A stretch of DNA of 64,000 nucleotides from an uncultured delta proteobacterium (GTDB lineage Bacteria > Desulfobacterota > Binatia > UBA9968), in assembly GCA_963745835.1 (NCBI GenBank), contig CAVUZH010000019.1, positions 224,001 to 288,000 on the forward strand, in the 5' to 3' direction. Each line of letters opens with the position of its first letter. The first letter of the stretch is position 1. This document shows, piece by piece, positions 10,755 to 21,321 of the stretch. The notes under the pieces were generated by a model. It had not been told where the DNA came from, did no database searches, and saw only the letters and a program-made list of their open reading frames with translations. Both the position numbers and the translations under genes were made by a program.

Positions 10755-11231
10755 ATGAGAATAGGACGATCGATCTTTCGCGCATTGACAGGATGCCTCC
10801 TCACAGTAGTGTGGCTTACCGGTTGCGCTAAATCGATTAAGCAGGACGAGAATCTCGCCGCCCAAAGAGGCATCGAGTTCGCCCGCATCGTGCTGATCAA
10901 CAAGGACTTCGATCAAGGCTACGAGTTACTTTCCGATAACGGCAAGCGCCATATCTCGTTGGCAAAATTCAAAGAGACCATGATCCGCCTGCATCCCCGC
11001 GGTTTTCCCGCCCGCGTGACGGCAAAGGAATATCAACCTATGCCCGGTGAGAATGCATTGTGGATTTATCTGATCGGAGAGAACCCCGAAATGCATTACC
11101 GCATGACGATGGAAGCCACCCCATCCGGGGATTACAAAGTGCTGGGCATTGACAGTGGAGTCGTCGGTCGAATGTTCTCGTCCACTAGTGACAAGAAAGA
11201 ATTCCCAGAAGTTATCAGCACCCGGCCCTGA
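10755..11231 (+). CDS. Hypothetical lipoprotein
   Basis: Lipobox LTGC; 158 aa. Confidence 0.7.
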   Translation: MRIGRSIFRALTGCLLTVVWLTGCAKSIKQDENLAAQRGIEFARIVLINKDFDQGYELLSDNGKRHISLAKFKETMIRLHPRGFPARVTAKEYQPMPGENALWIYLIGENPEMHYRMTMEATPSGDYKVLGIDSGVVGRMFSSTSDKKEFPEVISTRP

Positions 11232-11739
11232 GTTTTTCGCGTGCGTCATACCAGCCTATGAAGCGCTCGCGCCACCGCGAGAAGCCCGCGCCTTCGGACT
11301 CGAAGGTAAGTCAACCGCAATTGCGAGACCAGCACCCAAACGCGGCCGCCGATTCTATTCACGCTCTCGCCAAACCAGCGGGTCGTTAATCTCCTCCATG
11401 CTAGTCTAGAAATAATTGCGCAGACTTCTCATCCGAGGCGCGCGAAACCGGCCAACTCACCTTGAGCGCCAGATCAGGCGGCTACGCCAAGGTTGTAGCT
11501 ATTCCACGGCAATCGCCAGTCCTCGCAAGTGCAGGTGAATGTCAGCTCGTCGCGTTGTAAATTTTTTCAGAATGGTTTCATCGCCGAATGTAAAACCGCG
11601 TTCAGAGTAAACCAGTAGGGAATCAAAAGCCTTATGAGCGCGAGGAGAAGTAATCCCGTGAAGGGAGCTCCCACAGTAGGCTAACAATCGCGTTCCTGTC
11701 TTGTAGACTAGATGGATCTACTCAAACTGAAAGGTTGTC

Positions 11740-13005
11740 ATGAACTTCCCATCGGAGCACGACTTTGGGCTGCTGTTGTTTCAGCTCTTCATCATCTTGA
11801 CGGCCGCGCTAAGCCTCGGCGAACTGTTTCGGCGATTCGGTCAAGCGCCGGTCATCGGCGAAGTCACCGCCGGCATTCTGCTCGGCCCTTCAATCCTGGG
11901 AGCGCTTTTTCCCGCGCTATACGGTTCTTTGTTTCCACCTTCTCAAACTCACCTGTTAGGCACGCTCGCGTGGCTCGGCAGTGTTTTTCTGCTCCTGGTT
12001 GCCGGTATCGAAGTTGATCTGGCTGCGATTCTCCGTGAAAGGCGAGTGATTTTTTCGACAAGTTCCTTCAGCATTTTAGTGCCGTTCGCATTGGGATTCG
12101 GCTTTGCCATGGGGCTTCCGGACGGTTATCTGAGAGATCCTTCCCACCGGCTTACTTTCGCTCTTTTTGTTGCCACGGCGCTCTCAATCTCGGCAATCCC
12201 TCTGGTTGCAAAAATTCTGATGGATTTAAATCTCCTGAAGACATCGTTGGGACAAACCATAATAGGTTGCGCGGTGATTAATGATCTCGTCGGATGGATA
12301 TTTTTCGCGATAATTTTGACGATGATCAGTAAAAGCGACGGCAGTGAAATATCCGTAATCGGAATTGCGCTCCTCACTTTGGGTTTCAGCTTCGTGACGC
12401 TCACGGCCGGAAAACACCTGGCACAGCGTCTTTTTGCAGCTTTTCACCGTCGCGGCTTTCCTTACGAGGGAATTTTGGGACTGGCTGTCCTGGTAGCATT
12501 TTTTTGCGCCGCGGTGACGCAGTGGATCGGCATTCACGCTATCTTCGGCGCGTTTCTGGCAGGCGTGATGATTGGCGAGACCGGCGAGATCATCAACAGC
12601 ACGCGAGAGACGTTGCGCAATGTTTCCTTCTACGTCTTCTCGCCGGTGTTCTTCGCTTCAATGGGATTACAGGCAAACTTTATCGCCAATTTCGACTGGC
12701 TCCTGGTCGGTAGCACGATCGCTCTAGCCTGTATCGGTAAAGTGAGCGGCGCCACCTTGGGCGCGATTGTCGCCGGTAGGCCGCGCCCCGAGGCGCTGAC
12801 CATCGGCTTCGGGCTTTTACCACAGGGGGCCATGGGGATGATTCTGGCCTTTTTGGCCTTACAATACGGATTAATCAGTGACCCAATTTTCGTTGCGCTC
12901 CTGCTTGCGGCCATCGCTACTTCTGTACTTGCAGGACCGCTCATCCAGGCCATGGCCCCGGCGTTGAAACGGACACTGAGAGCACATGAAGGACAAACTA
13001 AATGA
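11740..13005 (+). CDS. Cation:proton antiporter (CPA2/KefB-like)
   Basis: Many TM helices; GILLGPS, AVINDLVGW, HAIFGAFLAG. Confidence 0.9.
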   Translation: MNFPSEHDFGLLLFQLFIILTAALSLGELFRRFGQAPVIGEVTAGILLGPSILGALFPALYGSLFPPSQTHLLGTLAWLGSVFLLLVAGIEVDLAAILRERRVIFSTSSFSILVPFALGFGFAMGLPDGYLRDPSHRLTFALFVATALSISAIPLVAKILMDLNLLKTSLGQTIIGCAVINDLVGWIFFAIILTMISKSDGSEISVIGIALLTLGFSFVTLTAGKHLAQRLFAAFHRRGFPYEGILGLAVLVAFFCAAVTQWIGIHAIFGAFLAGVMIGETGEIINSTRETLRNVSFYVFSPVFFASMGLQANFIANFDWLLVGSTIALACIGKVSGATLGAIVAGRPRPEALTIGFGLLPQGAMGMILAFLALQYGLISDPIFVALLLAAIATSVLAGPLIQAMAPALKRTLRAHEGQTK

Positions 13006-13064
13006 GGCTCGGAATTCCGATACACAACCGGCGAGCAGATTAAGAGAGAAGGTGATCGAACAGT

Positions 13065-13385
13065 TTGATGTCTCTACTCGACAGGTCTCATATGGCAAAA
13101 GACGTGCTTGTCGATGCTGTCTTGGCGTGGGATCTTTTGAAACCGGGCGGATACATTATCTTCGACGACTACAACTGGTATGGGCCTCGATCGCGGCTCG
13201 TCCCGAATTTCACGCCTAAACTCGCTGTGGACGCATTCGTAAAGATCTTCGACCCATATCTGGAGCTGATACACAAAGATTATCAGTTAGTAGTTCGAAA
13301 GACGATGAACCCTGATAACGTCGCACTCGACACCTACAAACAGCTTCGCCCCGTCGTCATTGAGCTCCAGCAAGCGCTTAGATGA
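13065..13385 (+). pseudogene. C-terminal fragment of a class I SAM-dependent methyltransferase (Methyltransf_24-like)
   Basis: DRSH..DAVLAWDLLKPGGYIIFDDY; SAM-binding motif I absent. Confidence 0.6.
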
Positions 13386-13562
13386 CAAGATCTACCTGTA
13401 AACTCCCGAAGAATCTTGTACTTATTGTCAGCTAGGTTTCGGTGATTCGCCGATAGCTAATAAAATCTCTGGCGGCGACCCGTCCGCGTGGTTCCAGCAC
13501 ACACGCCCTCTGTCAATGCCCATAGCTCCAGGGTCCCCAGCCGCCCTCGCTTGTCACCGTGC

Positions 13563-14468
13563 TTACACGTTGATATCAACGAGATCAGTCGCGCAGGGGG
13601 CGGTCTCTAGGAAATCCCAGCTCTTCATCCATTCGTAGGTGCGTTGGAGCTCGTCGGCCGGAATCGGCGCAGGATCGACCAGATAGAGGCGGCTCTCGCG
13701 CAGATCGTTGACGGTGAGCTGACTGATCTGCGGATCTTTATCGCGATAGTAGTCGATGAAGTAGTGCATATAGGCGCGCTTGTTAGCCATGATGCGCCGG
13801 ACGGCTTCGCGAATCGCGCGGTTAAAGGCGGCGTAAGTTTCGCCATCTACACGATCGGACGCGACGTCGGTGCCGTGGTGGAAAGCCGAGATGACGACAC
13901 GGCAGCCCATTTTCTCCGCCAGCGAAATGTACGGTTCCGTCAGAGTCGTCGCTTCGATAGTCTTGTCCATGAGCATTTTGAAGCGGTAGTTCGAGCCGTT
14001 CGGCACGCGGCCGATTTTGATCAGCTCGCGCGGCACGAAGCCTTCGAGCATCTGCAAGCAGAGGTAATGCGTGCCGCTGTACATCGGCACGCCGATCTGG
14101 ACGTTGGCGAATTGTTGCGGCACCTGCACGGGCGAGTCTGCGCGAACGATGATGCCGGCAAAATTCACCATCGATCGACGGCCAACCTGGCGGCTGCCGA
14201 CGTTGGTGGTTTCAACGCGCGAGAAATTGCCCCATTCGCAAGCGTTGTAGAGGTCAGCCTGGCCTGATTCCATCATGCGCCCGTGGCTGGTATAGCGAGA
14301 GGCGTCCTTATGATCCGTGATATGCAACTCGGGGCTTTTGTCGAGGCCCTTCTCGCGGTCCATCCACTCAATCTGGATGCCTTCTTTTTCGAACAGACCC
14401 TCGTCATAGGCGACGAGCTCGGCCAAGCCTTGAAATGGCGCAGTGGTTTCCAATCGCAGTGTCTTCAT
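13563..14468 (-). CDS. NMT1/SsuA-like substrate-binding fold protein, no evident signal peptide
   Basis: AYDEGLFEKEGI motif; GGAGAGG RBS upstream. Confidence 0.8.
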   Translation of the reverse strand: MKTLRLETTAPFQGLAELVAYDEGLFEKEGIQIEWMDREKGLDKSPELHITDHKDASRYTSHGRMMESGQADLYNACEWGNFSRVETTNVGSRQVGRRSMVNFAGIIVRADSPVQVPQQFANVQIGVPMYSGTHYLCLQMLEGFVPRELIKIGRVPNGSNYRFKMLMDKTIEATTLTEPYISLAEKMGCRVVISAFHHGTDVASDRVDGETYAAFNRAIREAVRRIMANKRAYMHYFIDYYRDKDPQISQLTVNDLRESRLYLVDPAPIPADELQRTYEWMKSWDFLETAPCATDLVDINV

Positions 14469-14886
14469 AGATCCTCTCCGTGGGGCGTTAGTTAATTATA
14501 TTCTATACAATGGCTGGCGATCTAACTTCTGTCAAACGCCCTCATGTGGAGAAAGCTCATCGCGATCCCGCTGGACGCTTAACGTAATCCCAATCCGATG
14601 CCGGCGCGAAAACTAGTACTTTCTAGCTAACGAACTGATCAAGCAGTGCAGCACCGATTGCCCATTGCTCAATAACAACCGACTAGGAGAAAGACCAGCG
14701 GTTTGCTGTTACAAAACTTCTATTTGAGCGTAACTTCTGCCTCAGCGAAGCTGACGTTTTTGTCCAGAATCTTCTTTGTCATGACTTTCCTTCCGTAGAG
14801 ACAACCTCTCCTACCGTGGCATATTGCTTGCTCACAAGCAGTTGTCCGCCAGGATATTTACGAGATCAAACGACAAAGAGGTTGCT

Positions 14887-15423
14887 ATGGCAGCTGAAGA
14901 AACCAGACACGATTTGTGGCTCAAAAGAATTAATACGTGGATTGCGATTCTTGGGGGCTCAGTCGCCTCGGTCGCCGGAACCTACAATTTTCTTCCCTCT
15001 TTCTTTCCGCCTGCTCCCGGCCACATCGCGGCTGTCGTCCGCGAGCAAGGTGGAACTCCGGTCCCGCGCGCGCATGTGGAGCTTTTAAGTTCGGACAATG
15101 TTTTGCTCGCTACCTCTGAGACGGATCGCAACGGCCGCTTCATCAGAAAGGACCTCGAGGCCGGCAGTTACATTGTGAAGGTAAGCAGGGCAGCCTTTGA
15201 GCCGCAGACTGCGAAAGTGAGCATCGCTTCCAAAAAGACCACGGATCTGGATTTAGTTTTAAGATCGCGAAGCCGCGCTCAAGTCCCCAACACTCCCCAA
15301 CCAGCGGCCATTTCGAATCCGCAACCGGCGGCCATTTCGCAGCCTGACGGCAGTGCCATTCGCTCGGCGCTCGAAGAGACCGGCGCCGCCTGGATTAAGA
15401 ATCTCAGCAACCCCCGAAGGTAA
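14887..15423 (+). CDS. Membrane-anchored carboxypeptidase-regulatory-like (CarboxypepD_reg) domain protein
   Basis: One TM; TDRNGRF..LEAGSYIVKVS; short PQPAAIS tandem repeat. Confidence 0.7.
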   Translation: MAAEETRHDLWLKRINTWIAILGGSVASVAGTYNFLPSFFPPAPGHIAAVVREQGGTPVPRAHVELLSSDNVLLATSETDRNGRFIRKDLEAGSYIVKVSRAAFEPQTAKVSIASKKTTDLDLVLRSRSRAQVPNTPQPAAISNPQPAAISQPDGSAIRSALEETGAAWIKNLSNPRR

Positions 15424-15817
15424 AACTCAAATGCCGAAAGTACGGCAATGCATTTTTTGCCACTGCTAAGCTTCTCTTAACTTTACAACGCGTCCTCTCG
15501 TTGTACTCTGCTATCCTCCGGATAGGTCCAATCACAGGGCAGAAACGATTATTCGCCCCACTGTTAGAATTCAATCAGAACATCTTATCTTGATCGTCCT
15601 CGTACCTAGAGAAAGATTCGTCGCGGACTCCATCCTGAGCTTGCAGGCTGGAAAGAAGAGTTAAAAACAAGCTAACAATTCATAGTTGACCGAACACTCA
15701 GATGGTTCGGAGGAATAATCAGTGCTGCTGCGCTGACCGAAAACGGTAGCCGGGGCCGACATAGCGGCGACAACGCATGGCGCATTACGAAGCTGGATTG
15801 TAGGCTTCATTTCCTGT

Positions 15818-15865
15818 AACGAATTGAACTGAGCGCAGCGGTTGAACGGGTGCAACGGTTTGAGC
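15818..15865 (-). repeat. ~48-bp REP-like element, same family as 39003-39051
   Basis: Reverse complement reads gctcaaacc gttgcaccc gttcaacc gctgcgctca gttcaattc gtt. Confidence 0.65.
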
Positions 15866-15888
15866 AAATTCCTATAAAGACTGGAGGC

Positions 15889-16650
15889 ATGCAGATGCGG
15901 GAAGCCCAGCAAATCAGTCGCCGAACGTGGTTGGCCCAAGTCGCCTTGGGCGGTTTCGCAGTATGGAGCGAGCTCAATTTCGGCCTGGGACGGAAAGGAT
16001 GGAGTGTGGCTATCGGCGGCAGCGAACTCGCTAGCGGCATCGCTCACGCTCAGAACCGGGAACCGGCCAAAGCCCTTCAAGTCAACCTCGGCTTCGTCAA
16101 CGCATACGTCCTCATCCGCGGTAAGGAGGCAGCGGTCGTCGATACCGGTACGGCTGGCAATGCGTCGAAGATCGCCGATGTCGTTCGCACAGGCGGCCTG
16201 AGTTGGGACGCGGTGCAGCATGTGATGCTAACTCACTATCATCCCGATCACATCGGCAGCGTCGGGGAGGTACTGGCGGCGGCGAATAAGGCGACGGCGT
16301 ACGCAGGCGCAGCGGACATCCCGCAGATCAAATCGCCGCGCCCGCTCAAAGCTGTCGGCGACAACGATGAAGTGTTCGGTTTGCGCGTGATCGCCACGCC
16401 CGGTCACACGCCGGGTCACATCTGCGTGTTCGATCCGGCTGGCTCGCTGCTCATTCTCGGCGATGCCATGAACCACACCGGCAACAAACTCGCTGGCCCG
16501 AATCCCCAGTACACTACCGACATGGCCGAGGCGCATCAGAGTGTGAAGAAAGTGGCGAAACTCGAGTTCCAGCGCGCCGTCTTCGGCCATGGCGAACCGA
16601 TCGAGAACAACGCATCACAGGCGATCGCCAAGCTGGCCGGCACTCTCTGA
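15889..16650 (+). CDS. Metallo-beta-lactamase-fold hydrolase, probable Tat substrate
   Basis: SRRTWL Tat motif; THYHPDH, TPGHTPGH, FGHG; GGAGG RBS. Confidence 0.88.
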   Translation: MQMREAQQISRRTWLAQVALGGFAVWSELNFGLGRKGWSVAIGGSELASGIAHAQNREPAKALQVNLGFVNAYVLIRGKEAAVVDTGTAGNASKIADVVRTGGLSWDAVQHVMLTHYHPDHIGSVGEVLAAANKATAYAGAADIPQIKSPRPLKAVGDNDEVFGLRVIATPGHTPGHICVFDPAGSLLILGDAMNHTGNKLAGPNPQYTTDMAEAHQSVKKVAKLEFQRAVFGHGEPIENNASQAIAKLAGTL

Positions 16651-16929
16651 GGATTCATCAAGATCGAGTTATTGGTGCAACGGAAGTTCCTTTTAATAGT
16701 CTCACGAGAGAGTGCTCTAGGTTTCGCCTTCTCCAATGAGACCATGAATCACGACGCGATTTCTGTGACCGCGCCAGCTCGCCGCGGAATGGAAGCCCGT
16801 GCTAAAGCAAGTGAAGCATTCATTTGCGCTTTTGACACCGGTGGGAACTTTTTCCGGCCGCGCGTACCTGGAGTAATTCGACACTATGGAAGCTGCTTCC
16901 GGCGATCGGGGCAGTGAGGCCTTAACCCA

Positions 16930-17130
16930 ATGGAGGCGATCATGCGATTCATCAGACCCTTATATTTACTTCTGGCGACTGTCCTGCTAAGCGGTTGCGT
17001 TCTCACCAAGCTTGTGAGTGTGCCGATGCGAGTGGTCGGCGCAGTCGTTTCCATCATTCCCGTGGCTGGCAACGTCGCCCATGACGGCATCGACGAGGTC
17101 GCCGACGGCGTCGATAATTTGCCCATTTAG
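16930..17130 (+). CDS. Small lipoprotein (DUF6726-like)
   Basis: LLSGC lipobox; TKLVSVPMRVVGAVVSIIPVAG. Confidence 0.7.
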   Translation: MEAIMRFIRPLYLLLATVLLSGCVLTKLVSVPMRVVGAVVSIIPVAGNVAHDGIDEVADGVDNLPI

Positions 17131-17149
17131 GTGAGCAGCCATACTGTGC

Positions 17150-17298
17150 AGGCCCCCGACCATCTCGCTCCACCCGGCGTACAGGTGGTCCAAGGGCTCA
17201 AGTTCGCTTTTTGTGTCCGATACCCCTCCGGCGCCCAGAGGGTTTTTATGAATATAGCGGACCACCGATAAAAAATATTCCTCAGGGGGGCTGCACAA
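17150..17298 (-). pseudogene. Remnant of a REP-associated tyrosine transposase (RAYT/Y1)
   Basis: EEYFLSVVRYIHKNPLGAG matches the RAYT YIHxNP(V)xAG motif; HUH motif missing. Confidence 0.6.
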
Positions 17299-17519
17299 AT
17301 TCCCCCTCAGACAAGCAACCTGATCGCGGGAAGGTTAAACGGCTACGGCTGGTTAGTTAGATGGGTGCCGGTTTTGTCTAGGGACGCGATCCAAACTCTA
17401 CTAGGTGCTTCACCGACTTCCGATTTCACGGAAAGAATGGATCGAAATCAGTGTGACAGCGAAGCTTCGGACGCCTTGATTGTCATGCGACGAGACGCCG
17501 ATCCAGAAAGGAAGTGTCC

Positions 17520-18632
17520 ATGGCACAAAATAGTGACGTGCGATTAGCCGTTCTCTCGCCTGGTGATCGTGAAGCGAGGCGGAACGCAACCGCCGAGAAT
17601 AGCCGGTTCGCAGATTTGTTCAGGGCCTTTGCTGGCAGGGGGATTCATGTCGAGCCCGCGATCTATCACGATGATTTCTGCGAGAAGGTTCGAGAGCAGC
17701 TCATGCGGGTTGACGGCGTTCTGGTATGGGTCAATCCGATTGAAGGAAGGCAGGACAGATCCGTGCTCGATTCTATGCTTCGGGATGTTGCCGCCGCTGG
17801 TGTATTTGTCAGCGCCCATCCCGAGGTCATCCTAAAGCTAGGGACAAAGGAGGTTCTGTATCGCACGCTTAATCTCGGATGGGGCTGCGACACAGATCTA
17901 TACGCCAGTTTGGATGAGATGGTTCAAAAGCTGCCTTTGCGGCTGGCAACCGGCAAGGCCAGAGTCCTCAAGCAGCATCGCGGCAATGGTGGAAACGGCG
18001 TATGGAAAGTTCAACTGGCGATAGACGACTTTGCCAATCGAACAGACGCCGATTCCGCTGCGTTGCCGCAGCCTGAAACCGTCATTCGTGTACGACATGC
18101 TTTACGTGGTTGCAGCGAAGAGGAAATCAAGCTCGGCGAATTTTATCATCGCTGCGAGCCTTACTTTTACGCTGACGGCCTGATGATTGATCAAGAGTAT
18201 CAAGAGCGTCTGCCGGAAGGCATGATTCGCTGCTACCTCGTGCATGACACCGTAGCGGGTTTTGGCCATCAGGCTATCAACGCGCTATTTCCCGCGCCCT
18301 CCGGCGCGCCTTCAACCGAAGCGCCCCCGCCCGGGCCGCGTTTATACCATCCGCCGTCCATGCCTGCTTTCCAGACTGTCAAAAGCAAGCTGGAGCAGGA
18401 GTGGGTGCCGTCAGCGCAGCGGCTGCTGGGCATCGAGACTGAAGATCTTCCTATTCTCTGGGATTGCGATTTCCTGCTCGGTTCAAAGGGCGACAATGGC
18501 GAAGATCGCTATGTATTATGCGAAATCAACGTCAGCAGCGTTGCGCCGTATCCTGAATCTGCGGTGCCTTACATAGTCGATGCAGCCGTTGCGCGGGTGC
18601 GGGCAGCGAGACAAAGACGCCGTCCTGAGTGA
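17520..18632 (+). CDS. Cj0069-family ATP-grasp-like protein
   Basis: VLVWVNP, SAHPEVILKLGTK, RVLKQHRGNGGNGVW, LWDCDF, YVLCEINVSSV. Confidence 0.8.
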   Translation: MAQNSDVRLAVLSPGDREARRNATAENSRFADLFRAFAGRGIHVEPAIYHDDFCEKVREQLMRVDGVLVWVNPIEGRQDRSVLDSMLRDVAAAGVFVSAHPEVILKLGTKEVLYRTLNLGWGCDTDLYASLDEMVQKLPLRLATGKARVLKQHRGNGGNGVWKVQLAIDDFANRTDADSAALPQPETVIRVRHALRGCSEEEIKLGEFYHRCEPYFYADGLMIDQEYQERLPEGMIRCYLVHDTVAGFGHQAINALFPAPSGAPSTEAPPPGPRLYHPPSMPAFQTVKSKLEQEWVPSAQRLLGIETEDLPILWDCDFLLGSKGDNGEDRYVLCEINVSSVAPYPESAVPYIVDAAVARVRAARQRRRPE

Positions 18633-18927
18633 TTCTTCTTCCCGAATAAGATTGCCTCGCATCGAGGATTGAAGCTCGCGTCGAGTCTCGTTTAACTGCG
18701 CATGCCGAAAACCATTGACCATAGATCTCCATCAGCAACCGAAATGATTCGCCATGAATGTAGGCATGACACATTCCAGATGTCGCGAGATACCGAGGTC
18801 AGCGCCAGTCTGACGAACAACGCGATGCTGTCCGGCCAAAACAGTTCGCGGCAAAACAAATCAATACGACATTCTGATAGCGGTGTCGTCCGCGGCAACG
18901 AACCCAATGGACGGCCGTCTAAAGTCC

Positions 18928-20163
18928 TCAGCCGACCGGCTGCGTGCGGTCCACGGGCGTGCCGCGCAGGATTACCGTCAAGATCCGTCGCGTATTGGTG
19001 ATGTCGTCCAGCGGGTTTGCATCCAGGACGATGAAGTCGGCGCTCTTTCCGGCCTGCAGGGTGCCGGCGTCGGCGAGCCTGAGAAACTCGGCCGAATTGC
19101 GCGTAGCCGCAACGATGACCTGCATCGGCGTCATTCCAGCCATGACCATGTCCAACATCTCTTCGTGCGGACCCCACGGGCGATTGCCGTCCGTTCCGAG
19201 AACGATGCGAACGCCTGCCGCATTGAGCTTCGCCAGATTGCGCGCCTGGATCCCGTAGAGGGCCTGCACTTTGGGCCGGTCTGTGTTAGCCGCTTCGAGC
19301 TTCTTGAACTCGTCTTGCGGAAGGCTGGCGCGCAGCCAGCTTATGTCCGCTTTTACGCCTCGATCCGGCAGGTTCGGCGTGAGAACCAGGTTCGGACGCT
19401 GCTTGAACATGGCCACTAATTCGTCATCGATGTCCCTGTCGCGAATGCCGTGCGCGAACGCGTCGACGCCGGCACGGATCAGCCCCTTCGCATCCTCGAG
19501 TTCGAAGATGTGCGCGGTGACCCGGAGCCCGCGCTTATGCGCCTCGTCAATAATGGGGCTATATATTTCAGGGGTGAGCTTCTTGTACTTACCGTCTCGA
19601 TCATCGACCCAGATTTTAACGATGTCGACCTTGTGCGCCGCGAGCTCCTCAACCGCTTTCCGGCCTTCCGCCGCGCTCGTCACCCAGTAAGGCACTTTTG
19701 TTCGCCCCGGCTCGGGCATCGTGATGCCGCGCCCGGCGCTGCGATACCGAGCGGCCCCGGCGATCGTCTGGCTGTGCAGGTCGAGCACTTCGTAGCCGTC
19801 GGTGCCGAGACTGAGCACAGCGCTGACGCCGTAGTAAGTGCGCATTCTCAAGTCGCGGATGACCGCCTCGCGCGTGTCACTGAGATGGACGTGAGTGTCG
19901 ACTATCATCGGCATCACGGTCTTGCCGGCGAGATCCACGCGGGTGGCGCCAGCCGGCACACGAACGTCGGCCGCCCGGCCGACCTGCGCGAGTTTTGCAT
20001 CCTGCACGACCAATGTCGCGTTCTCGATGACTTGCCCGTCACCGATGATCAATCGGGCGCGTTCGTATGCGGTGACGGACGGCTCGGACACCGGCACCGC
20101 GCACCCGGCAAGAAAACCACAGATGATCAGTGCCGCAACTGCGATCAATTTCGCTCGGTGCAT
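18928..20163 (-). CDS. Lipoprotein amidohydrolase (imidazolonepropionase-like)
   Basis: LAGC lipobox; DTHVHL, TAH, LGTDG, GKSADF. Confidence 0.88.
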   Translation of the reverse strand: MHRAKLIAVAALIICGFLAGCAVPVSEPSVTAYERARLIIGDGQVIENATLVVQDAKLAQVGRAADVRVPAGATRVDLAGKTVMPMIVDTHVHLSDTREAVIRDLRMRTYYGVSAVLSLGTDGYEVLDLHSQTIAGAARYRSAGRGITMPEPGRTKVPYWVTSAAEGRKAVEELAAHKVDIVKIWVDDRDGKYKKLTPEIYSPIIDEAHKRGLRVTAHIFELEDAKGLIRAGVDAFAHGIRDRDIDDELVAMFKQRPNLVLTPNLPDRGVKADISWLRASLPQDEFKKLEAANTDRPKVQALYGIQARNLAKLNAAGVRIVLGTDGNRPWGPHEEMLDMVMAGMTPMQVIVAATRNSAEFLRLADAGTLQAGKSADFIVLDANPLDDITNTRRILTVILRGTPVDRTQPVG

Positions 20164-20495
20164 GAAACCTCCTGAATACGATACTGAGGACGATCATTGA
20201 GTGAGCGGCCATCGACCGACCGCAAAAAACCTCTGCGCCTAATCTCGTATGAGGTTGCAATTCGCAACCCGAAAATATCCTCCGCCTCGCCCAACCTGTC
20301 AAGATGTTGTGAACGCGGCGGAATACCAAAGACTTCATGAATGATCCCGCGGAAAATGTCCAGCAAAGGACTGCGCGCATGCGGCTCGATTAAGCGAACC
20401 GATTTCACGCAAGATATTCGCTAAGCCTTCGGATAGGTGTCCGTTATGAAATGTTCTCCGTGGAATGACGCGTTGCGCTGTCTCGACATAATCAG

Positions 20496-21257
20496 TCATT
20501 TCATATTCGCCAGGAGCTTTCCCCAACCTTGCACCGGCGGGATGATGCCGGGGCGCACGAGATCGTTCCATACTTCAGCGCTCATGTTGGTAAAAGTCGG
20601 TTTGCCATATTCTTCCTCTATCGCAGGGATGACGTGCAGTGACATGGCGGCGCCGCCGGGCACCGAGATCGCTTCTGCGTCGGGCCAGGTTGTTGCCGCT
20701 TCACGGCCGACATCGAGGGCCATTTCCAAGCCTTGTTCCAAAGTCATGGCAAAGGAGTCCGATGCCCACTGGTTTCGTTTGGTGATGCCGACGACCTGGA
20801 GCCCGGCAGCCTCGAGATACCGTTTGATTGCCTCGTTGACAGGATCCGCCCAGCGGCTGCCGATCGCGAGCTTCGTCAATTCAAGATGATTCATGGCGGC
20901 AATCAGCGCCTCGAGCGGAGCGTCGGCAGATACTCCGGTTCTTTCTTTCGTTTCGCGCAGCAATTCGAGCACCCTCGGGCGGGTCAGCATCGCGGAAATA
21001 GGCGCGCCGCTGAAGATGATATGATCGACCTTCTCTTTCACCAGCCGGTCGACACAGGTCCAGTAATTCTGAATCGCCTTCTCGACGCCTTCTTTCGTAT
21101 AATTCTCGAGCCCGAGCCCCGTGGAGATCTCGATAAAATCGAGGGGCAAGAGCCGATAGAGCTGATAGCTTCGCGCGCGCTGTACTTCTTCGTGGGCGCG
21201 CGGCTGGATCACTCCGTAACGAAAACGCGGCAGAAGTTTATTCACGTAGTCGGTCAT
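20496..21257 (-). CDS. Asp/Glu racemase superfamily (arylmalonate decarboxylase/maleate isomerase-like)
   Basis: IFSGAP, ALIAAMNHL..KLAIGSRW..YLEAAGLQVV, IPAIEEEYGKPTFT. Confidence 0.75.
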   Translation of the reverse strand: MTDYVNKLLPRFRYGVIQPRAHEEVQRARSYQLYRLLPLDFIEISTGLGLENYTKEGVEKAIQNYWTCVDRLVKEKVDHIIFSGAPISAMLTRPRVLELLRETKERTGVSADAPLEALIAAMNHLELTKLAIGSRWADPVNEAIKRYLEAAGLQVVGITKRNQWASDSFAMTLEQGLEMALDVGREAATTWPDAEAISVPGGAAMSLHVIPAIEEEYGKPTFTNMSAEVWNDLVRPGIIPPVQGWGKLLANMK

Positions 21258-21321
21258 AAGCAGCTCCTTGAGATTCTTGGTCGATGCGACGCCGGATACC
21301 TAGCGAGCCTTAAGTTTCCTT

